Source: the human T2T-CHM13v2.0 reference genome, Homo sapiens
Length of the DNA: 64,000 nucleotides
Assembly (NCBI GenBank): GCA_009914755.4
Contig: CP068257.2
Span: 9,568,001 to 9,632,000 of the forward strand
Direction: 5' to 3'
Within the stretch, counting starts at the first letter, position 1; every line of letters starts with the position of its first letter. A model generated the notes under the pieces. That model saw nothing but the letters and a program-made list of their open reading frames with translations. It did no database searches and was not told the DNA's origin. The position numbers were made by a program, and so were the translations under genes. Below are positions 15,308 to 26,976 of the stretch, piece after piece.

Positions 15308-15385
15308 TGTGTGTGCATATATATATAAAAGATACATATTTATATGTGTGTAAATATGTGTGCGTGTATGTGTGTGTGTGTGTAA
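15308..15385 (+). repeat. (GT)n/(AT)n dinucleotide microsatellite
   Basis: tgtgtgtgcatatatatataaa...tatgtgtgtaaatatgtgtgcgtgtatgtgtgtgtgtgtgtaaaa. Confidence 0.85.
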
Positions 15386-15961
15386 AACCAATCAACTTCT
15401 GCTTAAAAACTTCTGTAAAACTCATTTTTTTTTCCAGTATGTTTCCTCTGAAGGCAATCTTCACATCTAGGGAATATTAATGGTAATAATAACAGCATTG
15501 ATTTATTGAGAGTTTTCCTATGTAACAATTACTATACAAGTATGCCATTTAATCTATTTCTCTAGTTTCAATATTAATATTGGTACTTAATAAATGAGTA
15601 AACTGAAAATAATAAGTTTAAAATCTTTTTTCACAGCTAGTCAGCAATACAACTAGGATTTGATATCAGATTCATACAATTCCGAAGACCCTGACCACTA
15701 AATGCAAAAGGTACATGGCAACAGCTGATTGCAATGAGAGAAAAACAACTAATAAGGCAACAAGCAGGATACTAAGATATTTTCCAAAATGAATAGCACT
15801 GATTCTGTGAGGAATGAACATTGCCAAACAAGTGTTTTGTTTTGTTTTTCAACTCCTCTAAAAAATTCACATATATGCATGCCACTTTCCTGAAAAATAT
15901 CTGCTTCATAATTGCCATAAGAAACTGTATGGACAACTCTTAAACATTCTGAAAGTAGTCA

Positions 15962-16385
15962 GGGATGGGGGAAAGCATTTGCTGTTTTAGTCTGTTCCTG
16001 GTCTTATAATAAATATCACAGACTGGGTAATTTATGATTATAGAAATGTATTTCTGAAAGTTCAGGAGTTGGGAAGTTCAAGATTATGGCACCAACATAT
16101 TCATTGTCTGATGAGGGCCTGTTTCATAGATGTCATTTTGCATGACTTAATCATATGGTAGGAAAAGCAAAGGGACAAAATGGACAAATGCCATGTTGTC
16201 ACATGGCAGAAGAAATGGAAGAGCCAGGAAGCTCTCAGAAGCTTCCTTTATTAGGATATTAATCTCATTCATGAGTGCACAGCCATTATGACTTAATTGC
16301 CTCCAAAGGCCCCACTTCCTCATCACTTTGAGGATTAAACTTAAACATGAATTTGGAGGAAATATATTCAAACTCTAGGACTAGT
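15962..16385 (-). mobile_element. MaLR LTR, MLT1-like, antisense
   Basis: The plus strand reads the reverse complement of the MLT1 terminal motifs: ...cacagactgggtaatttatgattatagaaatgtatttctgaaagttcaggag... and ...cctccaaaggccccacttcctcatcactttgaggattaaacttaaacatgaatttggagg. Confidence 0.5.
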
Positions 16386-17199
16386 TTAAATGTAGCTAAA
16401 AAGGTTTCTTCATTCTGTAATCGTTAATATGCTAATATTTTTGTAAATATCCAAGAGGAAGCTAAAGCATATAATATTCCAAAATTTATTTGTTTGTGGA
16501 TATTATGTTTTCCTCTCATTCAATCTCAAGAAATTAGTGTCCTCAAGAAACACTATATAGGATAATTGTCTTTCAAGTTCATCAACTACCGGTTCTTGAT
16601 TCTTCAGTAGCTAATCCTAGATAGTAATACTTAACAGATTATAAAAACTTGGGTGCTGCTATATAAATGCGCTGAAACTCCCAGGGAACCAAACATAAGG
16701 ACTTAAAGAGAGATGTAACTAGGGATCATAATCATGAATTTCAGCTGCTTCTCTATCTTTGTCAGTGAGCAAATGACCATACAAAATAAGGTATTCAATT
16801 ATTAATTCTGTGCCCATATCCCGGAATTTTGCCCAATATATTTGTAAGTTTAGATAAATAAGGCACTAATGCCAGGGATATGTAGCATTAGTTCTGGGTT
16901 TATAAAGGGATATTCACAACCTCTTGCCATCCACAGAATTTATCAGCCCAAAGTAAACTATACTCGTTTGTTAAGGGCAACCTGAAACATGTTTAAAACT
17001 GAGGTAGACTGAAGAGTCAACTAATTGCAGGAATCTTTTGTTATTTGGTTGAAATGTTCAAACAAGTCCCACTCTGAATTCTATTAGAAGTCCATCATTG
17101 GCTTCTCTCTCTTTCTCACTGTCTTAAATCATGTATTTTATAACACTATGAAGAATGAAGTTCAAAAGAATAAGCTAAATTTAATTAATTAAATTATTT

Positions 17200-17305
17200 A
17201 TTTATTTATTTTGGGACAGAGTCTCACTCTGTCACCCAGGCCAGAGTTCAGTTGCACGATCCTGGCTCACCGCATCCTTCACCTCCTGGGCTCGAGATCC
17301 TCCTG
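17200..17305 (-). mobile_element. Alu, antisense, right-hand part (3' half with T-rich tail); the element is interrupted at ~17305
   Basis: tttatttatttattttgggacagagtctcactctgtcacccaggccagagttcagttgcacgatcctggctcaccgcatccttcacctcctgggctcgagatcctcctg is the reverse complement of the Alu right arm. Confidence 0.85.
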
Positions 17306-18228
17306 AAGCAGGGCATTTCCCTGACCCCTTCATGGGACTCGTGACAGGGGTGCCCCATTTACTCAGCCCACTGCTCTCAACTCCTCAAGGGAGGGAGTGT
17401 GTAATTGAATAAGGCAGGAACTGGAGTACATGAGTGCTGGAACCAGTGGCCTCTTTGGTGCCAGAAGGAGTGAACTCACCCACTCTGACCTGCTGTGTTC
17501 CACCTCTTGCAGGAGAGAGCATGCAGGTGAGCAGGTATAGGAGCCAGGAAGAGAGCTCTGGGGTGTTGGCAGGAGCAAACTCCATGTGGGCCTCATAGCA
17601 GCCCCTGGTGTTAGGGGGGGTGCCTGTGATTCCTGAAGCCCCAGTGGGCATATTACAGTGCTCCTTTAGCTCTGCCATCTTCAGACAGCTGAAGTGTTAG
17701 CAGCTCAGCATGCCTTTTTGTATCCACACTCACTCCTGAGCTCTTGTTTGGCATCCAGGAAAAATCAGCTCACAGAAACGAATTGAAGGATGGTAAATGC
17801 AGAGGATTTTATTGCCAAGGAAAGTGGCTCTCAGCAGGAAGGGCAGCTGGGAAGGACATGTAGCAGGAAGGTTTCTGGCTGGACTCTTCTCCAAAGTTGC
17901 ACTGTCAAACTGTCTCTCTGAAATCAAGCTGCTTCTCTCCAACGTCCAACCATAGTCTCTGATGCCTAGCTGCTGCTTCTCTTTTGATGTTCAGCTGCTT
18001 CTCTTTTTTGCTAGCTGAGTCTGGGGTTTTTATGGGCACAGGATGGGGAACAGGGGAGGTCATGGGTAATTTTGTAAAAGGCAACATTTGAGTGGGAAAA
18101 CAGGAACGTATGTTCTCACTTTGGGCTTTGGTTCCAGGCTTGAGGGTGGAGCCCTTGCCAGGGACCTGCCCTCTTTTGCCCAGAATTTCCCTGCCTCCCT
18201 TCCCTATCACTCCCACCCCATCACTCCC
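17306..18228. mobile_element. Unclassified ~0.9 kb insertion nested inside an Alu; candidate solo ERV LTR
   Basis: Alu homology stops at ~17305 and resumes at ~18229 (cctcaacatcctgagtagctgggattataggcgc). The intervening block is non-Alu, moderately GC-rich, and contains a thrice-repeated ...cagctgcttctct... motif. The short direct repeat atttccctg / aatttccctgcc lies near both junctions. I cannot assign a family from memory. Confidence 0.4.
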
Positions 18229-18416
18229 ACCTCAACATCCTGAGTAGCTGGGATTATAGGCGCACACCACCACATCTGATTAATATTTAAATTTTTTGTA
18301 GAGACAGGGTTTTGTCATGTTGCCCAGGCTGGTCTCAAACCCTGGGCTCAAGTGATTTGCCCACCTCAGCCTCCCAAAGTTCTGGGATTACAGATGTGAG
18401 CCAGTGTGCCTGGCCC
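18229..18416 (-). mobile_element. Alu, antisense, left-hand part (5' half) of the interrupted Alu
   Basis: cctcaacatcctgagtagctgggattataggcgcacaccaccacatctg...tttgtagagacagggttttgtcatgttgcccaggctggtctcaaaccctgggctcaagtgatttgcccacctcagcctcccaaagttctgggattacagatgtgagccagtgtgcctggcc. Confidence 0.85.
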
Positions 18417-21400
18417 TAAATAATATTTATATGGGCATTTTGTAATTATTATTTTTTAATAATATAAATGTTTCCTTTTTAATATGAATTTTTCAAGAGT
18501 TTTAAAATTGACTGATTATTCATTAAAATTTAATGAAGGACAGGAATTGGCTATTTTTCTGAATGACAAAAATTAGGAAATTTTTAGAGAGATGATGAAT
18601 TTATCCTAGAATATATGGAAAGAGTAAATCTTGTTATATAGAAAAAGCTACTTTCCAATCCGAAGGATCTTAGAATAATAAATTTTTTTTTTCTAGTTTC
18701 CTTATAATTGTTTCAAAGTAATACTTTAGACCAAAAATTGTATATCTCAGTAGGTGGCCTATATGATAATTAAAAAATTAAAAGCTAAGTTAATTAAATT
18801 TTTAATTATTTTAATTTTTATTAATTTTAATTATCAATCTTCATTGAAGAATTTTGTCCAAAAAATGTGGACAATATGTGTCATAAGGATTAATCAGCAT
18901 AAAATAGTCCCCAAAGGAAATTAAAGGACCGATTAGATAGTACTAAAATAACAATCATACAAAGTAGAAAGTGGTGTTATAAGAGAAATGTAGATAAAAT
19001 ATTGTAAGAAACTAAAGCAGGAAGATAATGGTTTGAGTTGTGGGAGATCAGGGAAGATTTTTTGGAAAAAGTAACGTTTAAGCTAGATCTTAGAGAGACA
19101 TGACTTAATAGAAAAGTAGGCAAAAAAATATGAATAACCCTTTCAGATTACAGGCAATACAAATTATGATAAATATAAAAAAATTCTTACTTTACTAGTA
19201 ATCAAGTAATTGAATTAAACAATTGGATACCAATTTTTCTTCAGCAGACTGGCAAAACATAAGATGTTAACAAGGGTTTTGAGGGTACAGGGAAGAGGGT
19301 AGGCTCAAACTATGCTGGTATCAATGTATAACCAAGATCTCCTTTGGAATACAATTGTTATATAGTCTACATTCTGTAAAAACTAAACACATATGTTTGC
19401 CTTTCCACTTTTGGAAATACATGGTAGATAATCATGCAAGAATGTCAATTGCAGTATTGTGTTGTAATTTTTAAAAATACTCAAAATATTTATCAATATA
19501 TAACTACAAATAAAAATAGTTGGACTATCATGCAGACTACAATGCCTCTATTGTGGCATAATAGTTAATAATACAATCTCTGAGAGCAGAATATCTGGAT
19601 TTGAATAATTTGCTCTCCCTCTAAATGACCTTGAGCAAAGTACTTACAATCTTTTTCTCTCTTCTGTAAAATGGAGATAACAGCATTGCCAATTTATTAG
19701 CTTGTCATGATGATTAAATGAGATAATCCATATATCACACCAAGTACCCACTACATAATAAGCAACTAATTAAATTTGACTAATATTAATAATTTCATTA
19801 TTATTCATCTTAATATCATGGCATGACTTCTAAGGTATATTATTAAATAGAAAAAGAGAAGTTTTAAACTGAGCCATAGTTTAGAACTTGACTTAAAGCA
19901 GACTCACAAAGCAAATGCTCATATCTAGGACAGGTAAATCTACACGTGTTTATACACACATTCACTGTGTTTGGGGAAAATACACACCAAACTGGAAACA
20001 CTGGTTGTCTCTGAAGAAGAGACAGGGCTTTGGCAATATTCAAATTAGGCTTTAACTGTTTCTGAAAGTTTCAGTTCTCTATAAGGAGAAGGTATTACTT
20101 ATGTAATTTTTAAAAATTACATATTAAGTACTAAATGACTGAAGCTTCTTAGAATTGATGGGGGCAGGCATCACATGGGCAGCAAGGCATTCACATAATG
20201 GAGAATCATGGTCTCCTGTAGATGTCTAGGAGTGATAAAATTAACTACCTTTTAGGTGGTGTAGTTTCCTGGTTGAGCTGATAATTATTAAGTTAATGAT
20301 TAGTAGGTTATTTCTCAACACTGAAGAGATTATTAGTGTTTCAAAGTTTTCACTGTAATTCATCTGTAAAACCATTCAACCTACCTCCAGTACACCTCAG
20401 TAATCTGGTGACAAGAGAGTATTCTTGCACACTTTATTTCCTCTTCAGTGATCTAATGCCAATAATGCCAGCCTATAGAAACAACAGCCAATTATAACAA
20501 AAAGCACATTAAAAAGTCAAATATAGCTGAGTAATAGACATAAAAATACCTTATTAACATTTTTGTAACACTCTCAACTGAAATAAACAGACCACTCTCG
20601 ATTTTAGCATCTGGTTCCAAACAATTCTTGTTTGGGTGATAACTTTTTAAAAACAAATGCTGGGCATCTTTCATCGACTTTTCATCAAGTAACAGCTGTT
20701 CCTTTAGAACAAAATGTATGCATGTTGGAAGGGTGACTGATGCTCACTTCTGTTTTGTTCTGTGTGAGAAAGCTTTATGTTGGGTGCAATTCAGAAAACA
20801 AATGGTTTCAAATCTTTTGAATAGATGCCATAGCACAGTTTAAATGCAGCTTCTTGTGATTTTTAGAATAATTTCAGCCACAATTTTTACATTCAATTTA
20901 TAACTATACTAAGACATTCTCCTTCAGAACAAAGGCATTTCTGTTTTCATGTGCTCTTGGGCATCTTCGGGTCATTCATTATATCAATCATTTATCTTCG
21001 TAAAGTGTTTGGCTATGAACAATTACTTACTACACCAAAACATGAAAGAAATAGATATAGCTCATCTGCTCTTGAATGCATTTCTACAGATTCCCTTAGG
21101 ATAATTCCTGTTTCAACTTAAGCTATTAAATTTTTTGCTGAATTCAAATCACCTAATCTGCTGAAACATGTGGAGACAAATAACCACAGACGTTTGCATG
21201 AAGGTTCAGGTGTATTTAAGGGAAGCTTAATTATAAGACACTATGAAATTCTCCTAATTAATTTGGAGCTAAATATTCTACATCAAATATTTTACAAAAC
21301 TTAAAGAAATATTTACTTTTCACATGATTACGATTTTGATACTAGGTTAAAAATGACTTATATTGGCATTTTTTAAACAGTTTAAGACAAATAATGTTTT

Positions 21401-22711
21401 TGATACTGTTTATTATAACATATGAAAAGTCTTTATATTTATGCAAATATACTCTATTTTATTGTCTGTTCATTTCATGTTGCATTTGCATGCACTCCTG
21501 AATTACTTGTTACTAAAACATACAGAACAGACAGAAAGTTAAAATTGGTTAATTTCTATCTAATCTGGATAAGATAAACACAATGAGTGAAATAAATCAT
21601 TATGTCAAATAACAAAAACCTCATGCATAGAAACTTCAACATTTCTGAATAACAAAAAGTATAACATTATGTAGGGCAAGGTGCCACTTTTGTATCAACT
21701 AGAAATAAGCCCTGAATCTGAATGATGAAATTTTAATAGTAACTGTTGACCGCAGGGCAGAGTTTACTCTCTTGGTCAGATGCTTTTGTGAATGACACAG
21801 TGTGTCCAGATCACTTTTCCCTATAATCACTTCAAATTACTTGACTTTTTGATCTGTTCCTTTTTTCTGTCTCTTTTTTGTCCACAACAGATATTCCAAA
21901 TATCCACCGAGTTTTCAAATACTCCAGTCCATAATTGGTCTTCCCATTCCTAGCAGAAGTACTTTGTCTTCTACTTCCCAGAATAATGTTAATTCTCTTA
22001 TTTTAGACTTGCTTGCTTTAATTTGTATTTGTTCTTGGCTTTTTTTCTTTCCATCTCACAGGATAAGAGGGCATCTCTTCTTCCATATTCATAAATACGT
22101 TGCCAACAGGAATTTGTTGTTATTTACACTTTCTTCTCCTAGACATTTTAATTTTACTTACCTTCCCTGAGCACATGGCAAAGTCAAAACACAAGCAGAA
22201 TCTTACTTATGAATAGAGGCAGATTTATTAAGCCAGGGGTAGGCAAACTATAGCCAATAAGCCAAAGCCAGGCTGCCACGGGTTTTTATAAATAAAATTT
22301 TATAGGAACTCAGCCACAGACATTCCTTTACATATTGCCTACAGCTGCTTAAGCACTACAAAGGCAAAGTTGCATATTTACAACACAAATCATATGGCCT
22401 GCAAGCCTAAAGTATCTACTATCGTGCCCTTTATAGAAAATGTTTATCAGCTTTTGTTCTCTTATCCTAAGTTATGAGGCTTACATTTCTGGCCACCTCA
22501 TTTGCATTTGAGTTTCCAGTTTTGAGTTTGTTGTTTTGTATTCTTGCTTAAAGAGCCCCAAACCCTGACCTCCAAATTGAATGTGCTGTAGATCCCACAA
22601 AATATGGATCCAATCAAGCTGATGCCATGTCATTATCTGTAGCTTTTATTCTTTGCCATCACACACCTTCCTTGAACAGTTAGGCTTCTGCAAAAAATCT
22701 TAAATAATCAC

Positions 22712-23077
22712 TGATATGGGTTGGTTCTGTGTCTTCACCCAAATCTCATCTTGTAGCTCCCATAATTTCCACGTGTTATGGGAAGGATCCAGTGGGAGAT
22801 GACTGAATCATGAGGGCACGTATGTCCCATGCTGTTCCTGTGATAGTGAATGGATCTCAGGAGATCTGATGGTGTTAAAAATGGGAGTTTCTCCACACAA
22901 TCTCTTTTTTGCCTGCTGCCATCCATGTAAGATGTAGCTTACTCCTTCTTGCCTTCCACCATGATTATGATGCCTCTCCAGCCATGTGGAACTGTAAGTC
23001 CAACAAACCACTTTCTTTCGTAAATTGCCCAGTTGCAGGTATGTTTTTATCAGCAGCATGAAAATGAACTAATACAG
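22712..23077 (+). mobile_element. MaLR (THE1/MST-type) 5' LTR of a complete element
   Basis: tgatatgggttggttctgtgtcttcacccaaatctcatcttgtagctcccataatttccacgtgttatgggaagg...catgattatgatgcctctccagccatgtggaactgtaagtccaacaaacc...cagcagcatgaaaatgaactaatacag matches the THE1/MST LTR consensus (tgatatggtttggctgtgtccccacccaaatctcatcttgaattgtagctcccataattcccacgtgttgtgggagg...gactaataca). Confidence 0.85.
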
Positions 23078-24620
23078 TAAATTGTTACCAGTAGAGTGGG
23101 GTGCTGGTGGAAACATATCCAAAAATATGGAAGCGACATTGGAACTGGGTAACAAGCAGAGGTTGGAACAGTTTGGAGGACTCAGAAGAAGACAGGAAAA
23201 TGTGGCCAAGTTTGGAACTTCCTAGAGACTTGCTGAATGGCTTTGAACAAAATGCTGACAGTGATATGGACAATGAAATCCAGGCTGAAGTGGTCTCAGC
23301 TGGTGATAAGGAACTTGTTGGGAACCGGAGTAAAGGTGAATCTTGCTATGTTTTACCAAAGACACTGGTGGCATTTTGCCCAGCCCTATAGATTTGTAGA
23401 ACTTTGAACTTGAGAGAGATGATTTAGGGTATCTGGCAGAAGAAATTTCTAAGCAGGAAAGCACTTAAAATGTGAATTCGGTGCTGTTGAAGGCATTCAG
23501 TTTTATAAGGGAAGCAGAGCATAAAAACTTGGAAAATTTGCAGCCTGACAATGCAATAGAAAAGAAAATCCCATTTTCTGAGGAGAAATCCAAGCCAGCT
23601 ACGGACATTTGCATAACATAACGGGGAAAATGTCTCCAGGACATGTCAAAGGTCTTTACCTCAGCCTCTCCCATCACAGGCACAGAGACCTAGGAGGAAG
23701 AAGTGGTTTTGTGGGCTGGGCCCAGGGTTCCTTTGCTGTGTGCAGCCTAGGGACTTCATCCCCTGCATCACAGCAACTCTAGCTATGGCTGAAAGGGGAC
23801 AACATAGAGCTCAGGCTATGGCTTCAGAGGGTGCAAGCCCCAAGCTTTGGCATCTTCCATTTGGTGTTGATCCTACGAGTGCACAGAAGTCAAAAATTGA
23901 GGTTTGGGAACCTCTGCCTAGATTTCAGAAGATGTATGGAAACGCCTGAATGCCGAGGCAGGAGTTTGCCATATGGGTGGGGTCCTCATGGAGAACCTCT
24001 GCTAGGGCAGTGCAGAAGGAAAATGTGGGGAGGGAGCCCCCACACAGAATCCCTACTGGGGCACCACCTAGTGGAGCTGTGAGAAGAGGGCCACCGTCTT
24101 CCAGACCCCAGAAGTGTAGATCCTCTGACAGCTTGCACCGTGTGCATGGAAAAGCTGCAGACACTTAACACCAGCCCATGAAGACAGCCAGGAGGGAGAC
24201 TGTACCCTGCAGAGCCAGAGGGGTGGAACTGCCCAAGACCATGGGTATCCACCTCTTGCATCAGCGTGACCTAGATGTGAGACATGGAGTCAAAGGAGCT
24301 TTAGATTTGACTGCCCTTCTGGATTTCAGAATTGCATGGGGCTTGTAGCCTCTTTGTTTTGGCCAATTTCTCCCATTTGCAATGGGTGCATTTACCCAAT
24401 CCCCTTACCCCTGTAACCCCATTGTATCTAGGAAGTAACTAACTTGGTTTTGATTTTACAGGGTCATAGGTGGAAGGGACTTGCCTTGTCTCAGATGAAA
24501 CTTTGGACTGTGGACTTTTGAGTTAATGCTAAAAAGAGTTGACATTTTGGGGGACTGTTGGGAAGGCATGACTGGTTTTGAAACATGCAGATATGAGATT
24601 TGGGAGGGGCTGGAGTGAAA
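23078..24620 (+). mobile_element. MaLR (THE1/MST) internal region, non-coding
   Basis: Begins taaattgttaccagtagagtggggtgctggtggaaacatatccaaaaatatggaagcgacattggaactgggtaacaag..., the recognisable start of THE1-int/MST-int, and is flanked by two homologous LTRs. Confidence 0.8.
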
Positions 24621-24980
24621 TGATATGGTTTGGCTCTGTGTCCCCATCCAAATCTCATCTTGTAGCTCCCATAATTTCTATATGTAGTGGGAGGGACCTG
24701 ATGGGAGAAGACTGAATCATGGGGGCAGGTCTTTCCCATGCTGTTCTCATAATAGTGAATGGGTCTCACAAGATCTAGTGGTGTTAAAAACAGGATTTTC
24801 TCTGCACAAGCTCTTTTTTTGCCTGCTGCCACCCACATAAGATGTGTCTTGCTCCTTTTTGCCATGATTGTGAGTCCTCCCCAGCCATGTGGAACTGTAT
24901 GTCCAATAAACCTTTTTCTTTTGTAAGTTGTCCAGTCGTGGGTATGTCTTTATCAGCAGTGTTAAAATGGACTAATACAA
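24621..24980 (+). mobile_element. MaLR (THE1/MST-type) 3' LTR; a 5-bp TSD 'atcac' flanks the whole element
   Basis: tgatatggtttggctctgtgtccccatccaaatctcatcttgtagctcccataatttctatatgtagtgggagggacc...ccatgattgtgagtcctccccagccatgtggaactgtatgtccaataaacc...ggactaataca. The flanks read aatcac|LTR...LTR|atcac. Confidence 0.85.
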
Positions 24981-26440
24981 TCACTCTATCAAATGAGATA
25001 ATATTTATTCCTTTACCACTGACAACTCTCTCTCTTGGCTCTTCTATTCAATCATGTTACTGATAGACGCTTTGCTTTTTGTTTTTGTTGTTTAACCTGA
25101 TTGTTATAGGTTATTTTATGAATTTCTGTTCTTCTTTTAATTTTACAACAATTTTACTATTTCTCCTTACATGTTTATAAGTCATATGGAGACTACTTCT
25201 CATCTACCCTTACCCCAGAATATTAAAACTTTTCAGAGTTTCAGGATTAATTCCATTATATGGACATGATTCCTTGAGATAGGAAAAACTGATTGGATTG
25301 TGACATTAGACTTATCAGAATCTAAGATCTTACAAAATATAAAGCTTTACTAGTAATCTCATGAACTCAGTTAATCATTAGGCATGGGCAAATCAGAGAA
25401 TTATTTAGATCTCTTAATCTGATTCTTTAGATCCTTGGTTCTGTCATTAGATACTCCCTTGCCCAGGCAGATAGATGAGACTTCTAGAGAGGTATGCCGA
25501 CAATTTATTTACATGGAGATACCTGTCTCAATTATCAAATATCTTCATTTTTATGCAGATAGTTACATATGTGGTATATGTGACATTTTCCAGGGAGCCC
25601 CATAAATCCACAACCTTCTACTTTGTTAACCATAAGCAATTCTAAACGACCAAGTACATTCTGCTAAAAGCGTTTCTGTGATAGATAATCACTCTCCTGC
25701 TAGCAAAAAAACAAATTGTTTGTCAGGAGCTGTCATTAGTATGTTTATATAAGCAAAATGGGCTTCCTTCCTTCTGTGGATCCTGGCAGGGCATCTCAGT
25801 AATCAGAAAGAATCAAAGACCCTTTCCTTCCCAATCTGCTCTGGCCTTGGTCAACATCTTAGTGCCAAATATTGCTGGTGTATTATCATTATTGGCTTAC
25901 ACCATTTTCTGCAGTGTTTCACTTAAGCCAACTAATACTCTGACCTTGATTTGAACCATCCAACAGAGAGTAGGAATTCCCTCCACAAAGCAATGTTACT
26001 CATTAACATCTTCCTTTACAAGTCTCTTGATGTTCATTCACAGACTCAATTACCTTTTTCCTCCATCAACCTCAATTATTTGCATCATTTTCCACTGGCC
26101 TATGGGAGTATTTAATTGAATACATATTTTTTCTCAAATCAAATTTTCTGAAAAAAATTTGTTTCTATGAACTGTATTTTAGGTATATTCCAGGTTGGTA
26201 CAAACACTAATTTTCAGGGGTCATTATGTCAAAGAGCCCATCCACACCCCATGGCCTACATATGTCAAAGGATTGTTCTTTATTCATCCACTTTCTATGA
26301 ATTCCACACACGGGAGATAAACTTCTTTTTCATCCATATTACCAGGGTTGTCAGGGAGCAACATTAAAGGTCACAGTGTTCGGTGAAACCTTGCCATAAC
26401 TTAGACTAAACACGTTTCTCCCATAATTTTACTTCTTCAA

Positions 26441-26478
26441 ATTCTTTCTTTTTCTTTCTTTCTTTCTTTCTTTCTTTT

Positions 26479-26530
<52 letters not shown>

Positions 26531-26532
26531 TT

Positions 26533-26564
<32 letters not shown>

Positions 26565-26580
26565 TCCTTCCTTCCTTCGT

Positions 26581-26623
<43 letters not shown>

Positions 26624-26685
26624 CTTTCTTTCTTTCTCCTTTTCTTTCTCTCTCTCTCTTTCTCTTTCTTTCTTTTTCTTTCTTT
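26441..26685 (-). repeat. (TTTC)n / (GAAA)n tetranucleotide microsatellite, ~245 bp, with CT-rich and TTCC variants; an expansion of the adjacent Alu poly(A) tail
   Basis: Uninterrupted tttctttctttc... run with a few tttttc/ttcc/ctct variants, directly abutting the antisense Alu T-tail. Confidence 0.95.

Positions 26686-26976
<291 letters not shown>

Noticed and set aside
23085-24865. Many 60-124 aa ORFs between 23.0 and 24.9 kb
   Set aside because: They fall in the internal region and LTRs of a MaLR (THE1/MST) element, which has no coding capacity. The LTR-derived peptide recurs in both LTRs (e.g. ...WILPITRGNYGSYKMRFG / ...NYGSYKMRFGWGH), confirming repeat origin.
26441-26685. Possible CRISPR array or other spaced tandem repeat (also considered at 34565-34620 and 61131-61190)
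   Set aside because: These are simple-sequence microsatellites with 2-6 bp units and no spacers. The host is a eukaryote, so CRISPR is not applicable.
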